Origin: a virus
Virus record (IMG/VR): IMGVR_UViG_3300030060_004613
Coordinates: 5,315-69,314 of that record
Reading direction: 5' to 3' (one strand)
DNA length: 64,000 nucleotides
Shown here: piece by piece, positions 1-8,778 of the stretch
Position numbering within the stretch: the stretch's first letter is position 1
Layout of the letters: each line of letters starts with the position of its first letter
Notes under the pieces: generated by a model
Told to the model about the DNA's origin: nothing
The model's database searches: none
What the model saw: the letters and a program-made list of their open reading frames with translations, nothing else
Made by a program: the position numbers and the translations under genes

Positions 1-1
1 C

Positions 2-226
2 CTGGGTATCAACCCTGGGATCCTCGACCAACACGGCTGGCCTATCCAGAAGCTGCACCATGAGAAGGCAGGTGTGAACGCTGTAATGCTCAACGCTGCA
101 CTCAGGTGGGTAGGCGAGGGAGAGATCACCATCACCCAAAAGCCAACCGATCCACTCGGACCCATTCTAATTCAGAACCAGGACATCCTGGTGTCAGCAG
201 TGGTCATGCCATGCAGGCTGGCTTGA
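2..226 (+). CDS. 5'-truncated gene; C-terminus resembles DNA polymerase III beta-clamp domain III
   Basis: Manual frame-2 translation ends ...GVNAVMLNAALRWVGEGEITITQKPTDPLGPILIQNQDILVSAVVMPCRLA*, matching the DnaN C-terminal pattern (xFNxxYL..AL...PxxI...VxMPxRL); not in the ORF track. Confidence 0.6.
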   Translation: MGINPGILDQHGWPIQKLHHEKAGVNAVMLNAALRWVGEGEITITQKPTDPLGPILIQNQDILVSAVVMPCRLA

Positions 227-298
227 AACAAAACGTGAGGCAAGACCTGGACATGTCACGAAACTGTCCGCCCCCCCCAACCCAACCCAGGACCAACA

Positions 299-511
299 AT
301 GAAAAGTTTTCCACTTACTAAATGTCCACGCTGCGGAGAGAAGAAGCTCGTCGTCGCCCCGCTTGCACTGAACTGCCTGTCTCGTCGAGACAACAAGACC
401 TACATTTGCACCCGGTGCGGAACGGAAGAAGCACTCAACGACTACTCCAACACCTGGAACGACGTGCATGATTGGGTGTCACCACCCGCTTCAATCGTCG
501 CCCTTCAGTAA
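299..511 (+). CDS. small zinc-finger protein
   Basis: CPRCG...LSRRDNKTYICTRCGTEEA, two CxxC pairs; AGGA upstream. Confidence 0.7.
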   Translation: MKSFPLTKCPRCGEKKLVVAPLALNCLSRRDNKTYICTRCGTEEALNDYSNTWNDVHDWVSPPASIVALQ

Positions 512-539
512 CCAACAACAACAAACGACAGAGGCAACC

Positions 540-1022
540 ATGTCAGCATTTCAATGCACCCTTACCCACCTCGGCGCTATCGTCGGGACCTACATCGGCA
601 CTCGTTCTTATCGACAGTACGAGTTCGACAACTATGCGGGCTACGGATTCGGAAGCGAGGGGGAGCTACTCATTAGCATCCTCGACAAAGCGAACGTCCG
701 AAGCTTGAACGCTCGGTATCCGAACGATTCTAACTACACCCTGAGCCCGGACAGCGCGACTGCCAACAAGCTCTTGAACTACTTTGAGTGCAACCCGCTC
801 ACGCCTGGAGAGATGTTCAAAGCAATCAACTGCTTAGAGTATCAGTCCTGTGAGTTCGATGGCTGGCTGGAGAGCGATGCTTACAACCTCTTGAGGATCA
901 TCCGTAACTCAACTCAAGAGCGAGTCCAGGGCTACGAGGATGCACCCTGGGGCATGAAGGACCTGGACCCCAGGCTCTTGGAGAACGGACCAGTGCTACT
1001 CAGCAGCCTGGTCGGGAGGTGA
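540..1022 (+). CDS. phage early hypothetical protein
   Basis: GAGG RBS after a CAA-rich leader, ATG at 540; motifs NVRSLNARY and CLEYQSCE. Confidence 0.75.
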   Translation: MSAFQCTLTHLGAIVGTYIGTRSYRQYEFDNYAGYGFGSEGELLISILDKANVRSLNARYPNDSNYTLSPDSATANKLLNYFECNPLTPGEMFKAINCLEYQSCEFDGWLESDAYNLLRIIRNSTQERVQGYEDAPWGMKDLDPRLLENGPVLLSSLVGR

Positions 1023-1170
1023 CTGATGAACGAACTGACCAGCGTTCTTGGCTGGTTCGAGGTGCCCTTCAAGTTGGAGGGCACCAAGTTCACCGGCCCT
1101 TCGAGCGGGTACGTCTTCCAAACCAAACAATCTAAGCAAGCCAAGTATTTCAAAGAGAGGGACCAACATT

Positions 1171-1638
1171 ATGAAACCCAAGGTATTTCTTGTCCGATTC
1201 AACGCAAATGGGAAATGCTACGCGAGAGTAGCGCACTACCATTACAAAGACGACGACAACACAAAGATCTCTGATCCATTGATGACATTCATTGCAGACC
1301 AACGAGCCCAAGATTCCACGGGGTCATGGGTTCCGTTGCCAAGGCTGCTTGCAACTCGGTGGGTGGTCTGGTCAGCGATGGCTGAGAGCCTCAACGCTCT
1401 TCGAGTGATCGACACTGTTGTCGTCGGAGACGACGTGTACGATGAGACCGCAGACTACATCTTCGATGTCTACTGTGATCGAATAGGACCACTGCTCGGA
1501 TACCCGGACGTCAGGTGTAAGATGAAATACTTGGATGGGGACTACGTTGAAGTGTACCTGGATGCGTTCTCCAAGTTCCTGGCACACTATCGAGAAAGCA
1601 AGACTGACCCCTTGCTTGAGATTGAAATCACACGATGA
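1171..1638 (+). CDS. hypothetical protein
   Basis: In-frame ATG at 1171 after GAGGG; protein-like composition. The overlapping ORF 1026..1274 may also be real. Confidence 0.55.
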   Translation: MKPKVFLVRFNANGKCYARVAHYHYKDDDNTKISDPLMTFIADQRAQDSTGSWVPLPRLLATRWVVWSAMAESLNALRVIDTVVVGDDVYDETADYIFDVYCDRIGPLLGYPDVRCKMKYLDGDYVEVYLDAFSKFLAHYRESKTDPLLEIEITR

Positions 1639-1710
1639 CATCTCGTGACAAACACTGGTAGCCTACCAGACTATATGTAAGAACAACAACAACAAACCAT
1701 AGAGGTAATC

Positions 1711-2232
1711 ATGGAAAACAACAACGACCTTCTCACTCTTGCTATTGGCAAGCTCGTTCAAGACAAGAACGTGAAGCTTGCTCGCAACAACATCGAGCCT
1801 GGAAGCTACGACATCCCGGTGCTCATCCACGGCATCCTTCAGTTGGATGTTGCCGAGGACCCCAGCCCCCGCTCTGGGACGGCACGTCTCCCCTACACCA
1901 GGGTCTTAGCATTGCTTCTCAAGCACGCTGGGTACACCAAGGAGTCGTCTACCCGGACACTGATCAAGCTGTTCCAGCAGGCTCACGCCATGGACAAGGA
2001 TGCAGCCAAGCTTTTGGAGGATCGGTACGGACTGGAGGAAGCCCTCGATACTGTCCGCCGCATTGTCAAGGAGGGGTTGCCACCCATCAATGTCAAGGGT
2101 GCCGTCAAGGTACGCAGCGAGGGACTCGTCATCGAGCAGCGAGAGCTTACTCGTGATGAGGCTGTCGCACTGGCTGCTCCTTCAAAGAAGCAGCGCAAAC
2201 TCAAACCACGCAAAGAAGAAGGAGGTGAGTAA
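1711..2232 (+). CDS. hypothetical protein
   Basis: GAGG RBS, CAA-rich leader, 173 aa. Confidence 0.8.
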   Translation: MENNNDLLTLAIGKLVQDKNVKLARNNIEPGSYDIPVLIHGILQLDVAEDPSPRSGTARLPYTRVLALLLKHAGYTKESSTRTLIKLFQQAHAMDKDAAKLLEDRYGLEEALDTVRRIVKEGLPPINVKGAVKVRSEGLVIEQRELTRDEAVALAAPSKKQRKLKPRKEEGGE

Positions 2233-2456
2233 TGAAGACCTATCATGTTGAAATCGAACACACGGTGTACGTCGTGGTGGAGGTCGAGGCCGACTCGAAA
2301 GAGAAGGCCATCGAGCTTGCCCATGAGGCGACGAGCACACAAGAGTGCGGCACCTCGATAGAGTTCGAGGCTGACGAACCAGCCATGATCGTCGAGGCAT
2401 ACCACGGTGGTAGCTGCGATGGAGGACACGTCACCGAGTGTGAGGAGGAGGAATAG
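2232..2456 (+). CDS. small acidic early protein
   Basis: TAATG coupling; MKTYHVEI...VEVEADSKEKAIELA pattern common in phage early genes. Confidence 0.75.
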   Translation: MKTYHVEIEHTVYVVVEVEADSKEKAIELAHEATSTQECGTSIEFEADEPAMIVEAYHGGSCDGGHVTECEEEE

Positions 2457-2457
2457 A

Positions 2458-2769
2458 ATGAGAATCTACCGAGTAAAACAAAACCTCGTCCAACCATTCA
2501 CACCAAAGTTCTTTAGGTCTGCGGTGGATGCCAGGAAGCATGGCGTCCAGGTCATCCGAAAGTTCGTTGAACATGAGCGGAACTACGTCAAAAACTTTCG
2601 ATTGAAAGACGTACTGTACGACGCTGAGGTGTCCATCGATCAATGCGAGATTGAAAAGGCTGACAAGCAGTTCATCATTGACACGTTGAATGGCGATGAC
2701 GCTGACCTAAATCCCACTACGATTGAGTGGTGGAATCCCCAGGACAAATGGGTAAAGGCAGGAGGATAA
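2458..2769 (+). CDS. hypothetical protein
   Basis: GGAGGA RBS, ATG at 2458, coupled to neighbours. Confidence 0.7.
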   Translation: MRIYRVKQNLVQPFTPKFFRSAVDARKHGVQVIRKFVEHERNYVKNFRLKDVLYDAEVSIDQCEIEKADKQFIIDTLNGDDADLNPTTIEWWNPQDKWVKAGG

Positions 2770-3053
2770 TGATGAATGACTTCGAGCTTACTGACAGTGT
2801 GACCATTGAGCTTACAAAGCTACAGTGGCTCATGATTATACAGGGACTACAGCGCAACAAACTTGCGTCCAAAACGCTTGCAGAGGAATCCAAAAAGAGG
2901 GGCCTCGAAGGAGACGTAGGGGCATTCAAGGCTGTACCTGGCTACCATGAGGACATGATTCAAAACCAACAGGCCATCGACTTCATTCGACAGTTCCTGT
3001 TCACACCAGAACAGATTCAATTGGCTGAACAAATCAACGACAAGAGGGACTAA
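2769..3053 (+). CDS. hypothetical protein
   Basis: GGAGG RBS, TAATG coupling. Confidence 0.7.
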   Translation: MMNDFELTDSVTIELTKLQWLMIIQGLQRNKLASKTLAEESKKRGLEGDVGAFKAVPGYHEDMIQNQQAIDFIRQFLFTPEQIQLAEQINDKRD

Positions 3054-3055
3054 AC

Positions 3056-3244
3056 ATGGACAACTACACTGCAATCGGATTGGCTGAGGGCTTTATCGAA
3101 GGCTCTGAAGAAGACCAAGTAAGCGCATGGCAGCACCTCATTGACACTGGCTTGTGCTGGATTCTTCAGGGGTTCTTTGGCAGAACTGCTCAACGACTTA
3201 TCGAAGACGGTGTATGCAGCCCAGCGCAGAGCAATCAGGGCTAA
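3056..3244 (+). CDS. conserved small phage protein
   Basis: WQHLIDTGLCWILQGFFGRTAQRLIEDG motif; GAGG RBS. Confidence 0.75.
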   Translation: MDNYTAIGLAEGFIEGSEEDQVSAWQHLIDTGLCWILQGFFGRTAQRLIEDGVCSPAQSNQG

Positions 3245-3774
3245 CGCTTCCGAGCCCAGGCAATCCCTCGGGACTCCTGGGTGCGGGCCGTGGCATACCG
3301 CTCCATCTTTCTCACAGCCTCTGACTTCTTCTTCTTGGTGTCCAAGTTGTGGAGAGTTCGAATGTCAGTGAACTTGGAGCGGCGTTGCTTGCGGTTCTGG
3401 CGGCACGCTTGGTAAGCCATGAGTGATTCCTTTCCGACCAACATAAGCCTAAACAACGGACCCTTCTGGTTGTACAGAAGGTCGCACGCTTCCCTGGTAG
3501 AGTCTGGAATCTCCCTCATGCTTTCTAATACCTCCGTGTCAACGTGGTCCCAGTCAATGTGCTTGTCTATAAAGTCCGACGACACTCTTCTCCATCCTGT
3601 TTTGAAAGGAGAGGGCTGCCTTGGGACAACAGATAGAAAGCAGTTGATTGCTGACCTTTGGCTCAATCCAAAGTACTCGCGCAGGGCTTTGGTGATCTTG
3701 GCGCGAGAGAAGCCAGACTTGTGCATTTCCCTTACAACATTCTGATGTTTGCTATTCCAAAGACGAGAACCCAT
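3241..3774 (-). CDS. hypothetical protein, possible N-terminal HTH, antisense to the early operon
   Basis: Long ORF filling the gap between + genes; GGAG upstream of ATG at 3774. Confidence 0.55.
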   Translation of the reverse strand: MGSRLWNSKHQNVVREMHKSGFSRAKITKALREYFGLSQRSAINCFLSVVPRQPSPFKTGWRRVSSDFIDKHIDWDHVDTEVLESMREIPDSTREACDLLYNQKGPLFRLMLVGKESLMAYQACRQNRKQRRSKFTDIRTLHNLDTKKKKSEAVRKMERYATARTQESRGIAWARKR

Positions 3775-4147
3775 GAGACGCTCCACGATTAGAGATGCCG
3801 AAACAAAAGCCATCGAGGTGGCTGAAGGAACCCGTGTTCCATCTGCACCATGGCACTACGGTGCTGTACAAGCATGGCTCGCCTGGAGAAAAGTTCAAGA
3901 GGAAATGGAAGATACTTGGATGCTCAAGGACTTTGCGGCGGACTGCAACAGCACCATGGTCAAAGTCGTAGCGGTACTATCGGGGCTCACCAAAGCTTCA
4001 GGTTCATTCGATGCTGTCCACAAGTGGTGCATTGAAATCTCTGCGGCCTGGAAAGACCGTGGTGTTCCGTATGACATGTGGCTTTTGGCAAGACCTGATG
4101 GGACCATTGGAGCAAAAGCAAGGAGGACTACTGGATCATCAAAGTAA
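3773..4147 (+). CDS. hypothetical protein, possible HTH
   Basis: ATG at 3773; LKDFAADCNSTMVKVVAVLSG resembles an HTH. Confidence 0.55.
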   Translation: MRRSTIRDAETKAIEVAEGTRVPSAPWHYGAVQAWLAWRKVQEEMEDTWMLKDFAADCNSTMVKVVAVLSGLTKASGSFDAVHKWCIEISAAWKDRGVPYDMWLLARPDGTIGAKARRTTGSSK

Positions 4148-4215
4148 AGAGTACTATATGTGAATACACAGCGGATTCATCCGCACCCCAAAAACCGATT
4201 AGGGGTTATCCACTG

Positions 4216-4425
4216 GTGCTTAGGGCACCATCGGAGACCCTCGAAGTCACCACTAACAACCTCGAAGTAGCTTGGAAAAGGATAGCCCTCTTGAAAACAC
4301 ACAGGACAAACCCTGTCGATGCTTTTTGCAAGATGGTCTCTAATCAAAACCCGCTTACCAACTTCGAAATCAACAGACTCCTCCGAGTCATCAACTCGGG
4401 GAAAAAGAGGCACTACCATGGATAA
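4216..4425 (+). CDS. hypothetical protein, start uncertain
   Basis: Fills the operon gap and overlaps the next start. Confidence 0.35.
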   Translation: MLRAPSETLEVTTNNLEVAWKRIALLKTHRTNPVDAFCKMVSNQNPLTNFEINRLLRVINSGKKRHYHG

Positions 4426-4696
4426 CCACCGATCAACACCAAAACCTAAAGAAACGCCAGCACAAAAGTTCTATAGGCTTTCTACAGTAAAATCAATGGC
4501 TGAGTTTGCTCGCATTGTAGATTTTCACCCAGTGACTATTAGAACTTACTTACTCCCCAGTGACCGAAAAAGCTGGAAGCAAGCACCGATTTCATCTCTT
4601 CATGACTGGGCTCAGTCAATCAAAGATAGTGGCGGCCCTTCGATTGCAATTGGACTGTGGCCTGATGGAGACGTCACGTTTGAAGTCGAAGAGTAA
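4418..4696 (+). CDS. HTH (Cro/XRE-like) protein
   Basis: SMAEFARIVDFHPVTIRTYL; GAGG RBS. Confidence 0.6.
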   Translation: MDNHRSTPKPKETPAQKFYRLSTVKSMAEFARIVDFHPVTIRTYLLPSDRKSWKQAPISSLHDWAQSIKDSGGPSIAIGLWPDGDVTFEVEE

Positions 4697-4985
4697 GCGT
4701 CCGAAATACTGGTCGAACTGGAGAGAAGACCCCAAGCTCGCGGGAATCGTGGCCTCCTATGAGATTTGTATCGACGACCGGCTCTGTGTAGTAGCAATCA
4801 CGAACACTGGAGTTCCTATTCTGGAGATTGTTTCTCCGAGGGACTGCATTCGAAAGAGAGCTAAAGAGGCGGGGCTGGTCTTCGGTACTTGGCCAACAGA
4901 TGACGGACAAATGAAAAGGGGTTGGTTACCAGGGAGACCTGACGAGCCTCAACAAACCAACCCTTATTTGATAGAGAAGAAATGA
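4665..4985 (+). CDS. hypothetical protein
   Basis: ORF coupled to the next gene; start uncertain. Confidence 0.45.
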   Translation: METSRLKSKSKRPKYWSNWREDPKLAGIVASYEICIDDRLCVVAITNTGVPILEIVSPRDCIRKRAKEAGLVFGTWPTDDGQMKRGWLPGRPDEPQQTNPYLIEKK

Positions 4986-5164
4986 TGGGCTTTACAGATT
5001 CCCCTCCATTTTGTAAAACCGAGGGCTGTGGCAACGTCCCACAGGCTTACATCAAGGGAAGCTTTAGATGCTCATCGTGTGCAGTAAAGATCCAACTCAA
5101 CACCATCAATAGAATTGAGATCAACCAACACGGTGTTGCTAAGTATCAAGGAAAGGACCAATGA
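4982..5164 (+). CDS. small zinc-finger protein
   Basis: Cx4C...CSSC; ATGA overlap. Confidence 0.55.
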   Translation: MMGFTDSPPFCKTEGCGNVPQAYIKGSFRCSSCAVKIQLNTINRIEINQHGVAKYQGKDQ

Positions 5165-5168
5165 AAAA

Positions 5169-6107
5169 ATGAGCGAGCAGCAGGGACCAACCGGAGTTTG
5201 GCTTGACCTCGAACTCTGGAACAGCATCAAAAAAACAACAAACCAACCCTGGCCGCTCGCTTTGGCTCAGTTGGATCTTGGCTTTGTAGAACAAGAGTAC
5301 GGCGCTCTTCTTTCTCGATCCCAGTTGATGGAGCGATGGGGACTCAGTGAAAGAAAAGTACGCACCGTCTTGAGTCGCTACAAGAAAAAACGTCCAGACT
5401 CAAATCATAAACCGTCCAGTATTGCGCCCAGCAAAGTGACGCAAGTTGCTGGAATCACTCCAGTTGACACGGCAACACCGTCCAGGCCAGGGTTAAAAAC
5501 CGTCCCGAAATGCACCGACGTTTTCGACGAGTCTGTACAGACTATTTTCCGTTGTTGGGAGCAGCTTCAGTTTGATAGAACTGGTCGCCACAACAAGCTC
5601 ACTAAGGGTAGAGAGAGAGTTCTTCGGTCGGCTCTCAAGAGTGGTCACTCCGTCGATGACTTACAACTTGTGATTCGAATGGCCTTTGAGTATCCAGATG
5701 GCGACTTCATGATCGATTCTTGGAGAACGCAGGGCTACATGGACATCACGAACCTCCTGAATCGAGAGAAGATAGACCGCAATGTCACCCTCGCAGCAGA
5801 GCGGTGGAAAGGAAATGAATGGTCATTCAGTAAACCAAAGGTCATCACCTTCGATGCAAAGTATCAGAAACTATGGGACCACCTACAGTTCTTACTCGGA
5901 GCATACGGTTCAGAGCCAGACAGCTTGCATAAGAACCCCCGTGTCAGTCAAGCAATGTCCAGTGCAGTACGAGCCATTGGGGGATGGCGGATGCTCGGGA
6001 GCTTAAGGTCCGGTCGAGACATGGAAAAGGTACGACAAGACTTTCTTTCTGAAGTCCAAGGCAACATCATCAGGATTCAACAACAAACCAAACAACGGAG
6101 CATGTAA
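5169..6107 (+). CDS. replication initiator (lambda O-like layout) with C-terminal loader-like region
   Basis: N-terminal wHTH-like LSRSQLMERWGLSERKVRTVL, low-complexity linker with iterons, C-terminal AVRAIGGWRML; directly upstream of DnaB. Confidence 0.7.
   Translation: MSEQQGPTGVWLDLELWNSIKKTTNQPWPLALAQLDLGFVEQEYGALLSRSQLMERWGLSERKVRTVLSRYKKKRPDSNHKPSSIAPSKVTQVAGITPVDTATPSRPGLKTVPKCTDVFDESVQTIFRCWEQLQFDRTGRHNKLTKGRERVLRSALKSGHSVDDLQLVIRMAFEYPDGDFMIDSWRTQGYMDITNLLNREKIDRNVTLAAERWKGNEWSFSKPKVITFDAKYQKLWDHLQFLLGAYGSEPDSLHKNPRVSQAMSSAVRAIGGWRMLGSLRSGRDMEKVRQDFLSEVQGNIIRIQQQTKQRSM
5389..5507 (+). repeat. putative iterons / replication origin
   Basis: ACCGTCCAG-like copies at 5389, 5411, 5455 (partial), 5477 and 5499, spaced in multiples of 22 bp. 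Confidence 0.6.
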
Positions 6108-7498
6108 TGGGACCGACCCCCCCAAAGAGCATTCAAAGCGAAAAGGTAGTTCTCGGCGGACTACTTATGGAGCCTTCCCTCATCAACGATGTGGTTGCCG
6201 AGGTGGAAGCAGACGACTTTGCTCAACAACAACACCGAGATCTGTTCAAGCTAATCAAGTCATGGGTAGCAAAAGGCAAGCACGTTGACTCTGTTATGGT
6301 AGTGGAACATATCCGAGCCACTGGCACGCCCGCGAATCTCGACATTATGTACGTCATCTCTTTGCCAGAGGAGTGTGGAGCTACAGCAACTGTTCCTTTT
6401 CATGCCAGGAACGTCCGTGAAACAGGTATACGTCGCAGAATGTTCGAGGCTTCATCTGCTTTAGTAAGCAACGCATCGGATACCAGCCTTGAGATTGATG
6501 AGCTTATTGAGCAAGGCCAAAGGGAATTGCTGGAGATTGCTGGCAGGCAGCGTGGAGATGATTGGTTTGAGGGGCCACAACTTGTCGAGAGGGCTCAGGA
6601 CCGCTGGGAACGCCTGGTAGAGATGAAGATGAAAGGCGAAGTAGCTGCCTTATCTACAGGCCTGGTGGCTGTAGACAACGTCCTTAGTGGACTGCATCCG
6701 GGCTTGAACCTGTTGGCTGCTCGACCATCGATGGGAAAGACTGCGATGGCTTTGAACATCACGATGTCGGCTTTACAGCAAAACGTGCCTGTTGCTTTCT
6801 TCTCATTAGAAATGAGCGCCGACCAACTGGTAGATCGAATGGCCTCGGCTCTCGCTAAGGTAAGTGCCTGGAACATCAAGACCGGGTCTTTGAAAAGCGA
6901 GGAGTGGGGAAGGTTGGAGAATGAGGCTCTGGACTTTTTGCACAACGCTCCTTTGTTCGTATCCGACAAGGCCGGTGTTTCGATCTCCAAGATTTCTGCA
7001 CAGGCTCGGAGGTTAAAGTCTAAGGAGCCAAACCTTGGACTCATCGTCATTGACTACCTCCAGCTTATTCGACAGCCAAAGGCTGAGAGTATGGAGCAGT
7101 CTGTCTCTCAAGTCTCCAGCACACTCAAGGTCATATCCAGAGACCTCAACGTACCTGTCCTCTGCTTGGCCCAGTTGAACCGTGGTTGTGAGCAAAGGTC
7201 CAACAAGAGGCCAATGCTCTCTGACCTCCGAGGCTCCGGCTCACTGGAGCAGGACGCTGATGTGGTCATGTTCCTGTATCGACATGCCTACTACGATGAC
7301 CGTGCTGATCCTACGGATGCTGAGGTAATCGTTGCAAAACACAGGAGTGGACCCACGGGTGCGGTCAACGTCACCTGGGATGCGAACAATCAAAAGTTTC
7401 AAGACAAGGACACTGGTCCTAAGTTTTCTATGGTGAAGGCCGCCATGAGGACCAGGAGAGACATCGACGACGAGGACTCCGAGCCGTCTTGGTTTTAA
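6107..7498 (+). CDS. dnaB: replicative DNA helicase
   Basis: AARPSMGKT Walker A, FFSLEMS, VIDYLQL, LAQLNR, RPMLSDLRGSGSLEQDAD, KHRSGPTG. Confidence 0.97.
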   Translation: MGPTPPKSIQSEKVVLGGLLMEPSLINDVVAEVEADDFAQQQHRDLFKLIKSWVAKGKHVDSVMVVEHIRATGTPANLDIMYVISLPEECGATATVPFHARNVRETGIRRRMFEASSALVSNASDTSLEIDELIEQGQRELLEIAGRQRGDDWFEGPQLVERAQDRWERLVEMKMKGEVAALSTGLVAVDNVLSGLHPGLNLLAARPSMGKTAMALNITMSALQQNVPVAFFSLEMSADQLVDRMASALAKVSAWNIKTGSLKSEEWGRLENEALDFLHNAPLFVSDKAGVSISKISAQARRLKSKEPNLGLIVIDYLQLIRQPKAESMEQSVSQVSSTLKVISRDLNVPVLCLAQLNRGCEQRSNKRPMLSDLRGSGSLEQDADVVMFLYRHAYYDDRADPTDAEVIVAKHRSGPTGAVNVTWDANNQKFQDKDTGPKFSMVKAAMRTRRDIDDEDSEPSWF

Positions 7499-7548
7499 AT
7501 TTTTTTTAGAAAGTTTGTCACGCTCGGTGCCTACTGCACCAGTACTTA

Positions 7549-7810
7549 TGTTGAGGGCGTCGTTAACCCTCACGACTTCTCCCCTTGTCTTCATGGGGGG
7601 AGGGGTCACCCGCCCTCTCCTCCTTTTTTTCCTCGGGGGGAGGGGGCATCCCTTTTAGACAACAAAATTAATTTTTTTTGAAGAGCGAGGTTAACTTTTT
7701 AGGTCGTCATTCGTAATGGTAAGTGAGAGCAAGAGGTTCGTAGGGGATTCTTGCTTTCAGTCTCTCTCCCTTTTTTAGGGTTTGAGGGAGAGAGACACCC
7801 CGCCCCTACA
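7549..7810 (+). ncRNA. candidate structured sRNA(s) / leader with five hairpins in two related units
   Basis: Stems 7552-7572, 7574-7607, 7612-7647, 7724-7759 and 7760-7795, with several G-U pairs on the + strand. Confidence 0.4.
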
Positions 7811-7834
7811 ACAACAAACAACAAAGGAAGACCA

Positions 7835-8119
7835 ATGAGGTCATCAGAAAGAAGACAGAACCAAGAACAGCCAATCAAAAGAATTTTGGCAATGATGCTC
7901 GATGAAGAAGGTGCTTGCAGAGCCGCCGCTTGGGGACCAAGTACGGAAATCGACGACATCAAGAAAAAGGCCAGAAGAGTATTGGCTAAGTACATCGAAG
8001 AAAAGAAGAAGCTTCACGACCCTCTTGCCTATCACGATTACACCATGCAGATTAAGGTCGAGAATGCTGAGGACGATTGGGAAATCGTAGAAATAGACTT
8101 CAGAAAAGACGTAAGTTGA
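7835..8119 (+). CDS. hypothetical protein
   Basis: AAGGA RBS, CAA-rich leader, followed by a strong hairpin. Confidence 0.7.
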   Translation: MRSSERRQNQEQPIKRILAMMLDEEGACRAAAWGPSTEIDDIKKKARRVLAKYIEEKKKLHDPLAYHDYTMQIKVENAEDDWEIVEIDFRKDVS

Positions 8120-8123
8120 AAGT

Positions 8124-8164
8124 AAAACGACCCTGGCAGGGACCAATTTCTTGCCAGGGTCGTT
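8124..8164. terminator. intrinsic terminator between convergent genes
   Basis: AACGACCCTGGCAGG...CTTGCCAGGGTCGTT stem with flanking A-tract. Confidence 0.7.
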
Positions 8165-8253
8165 CAACAACAAACCGTCAAATACTGGAGGCAACCAACA
8201 TTCGACGTCTCAACTTTAACGTCTGTATTTTTTAACGTCAATAGTAATCGTCT

Positions 8254-8778
8254 CTACGACAGGCTGCCTTTGTCGAACTTCAAACCATACATAGCAATGC
8301 ACGCAGCATCAGCAATCCCGTCGTGAGGTTTTCTTTTTTTGCCAGGAGTCAGGTCTAAACTGGGGATTCTTTGTTTACAGATAAGAACAGCCCTGCCTTT
8401 GCCCACGCCGGGTGCATCACGGAGTATGGTTTTCTGCCAGGTTTTTGGATGAACGATCAAAAGAGGAACGTCCAGCACACCAAGAATGCCAAGCCAAAGT
8501 CCGTAACCTACGCCGATGCTGAACATCGATGTTCCCCCCTGGCCTGGACGAGCCTGTTGTTTCTCGACCACCGCCATCTTGATTCCCACAGTCGCATGAA
8601 GCTCAGTCAGAACCTTGCCCATAGCGTTGGAATCGTACTCTCTTCGAGAGCCCTTACCGATTGGAATCGTAAAGTTTTCTCTGGTGAGCATAACTTTTCT
8701 TACTATTCCCTCCTCATCGAGAGCAACGATGGCTCCGTCTTTGCCGGGGTCGATTCCCAAGTAAACTCCACCCATCAT
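8254..8778 (-). CDS. RuvC-like Holliday junction resolvase
   Basis: LGIDPGKDGAI, VVEKQ, PKTWQK, HDGIADAACIA catalytic motifs. Confidence 0.9.
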   Translation of the reverse strand: MMGGVYLGIDPGKDGAIVALDEEGIVRKVMLTRENFTIPIGKGSRREYDSNAMGKVLTELHATVGIKMAVVEKQQARPGQGGTSMFSIGVGYGLWLGILGVLDVPLLIVHPKTWQKTILRDAPGVGKGRAVLICKQRIPSLDLTPGKKRKPHDGIADAACIAMYGLKFDKGSLS

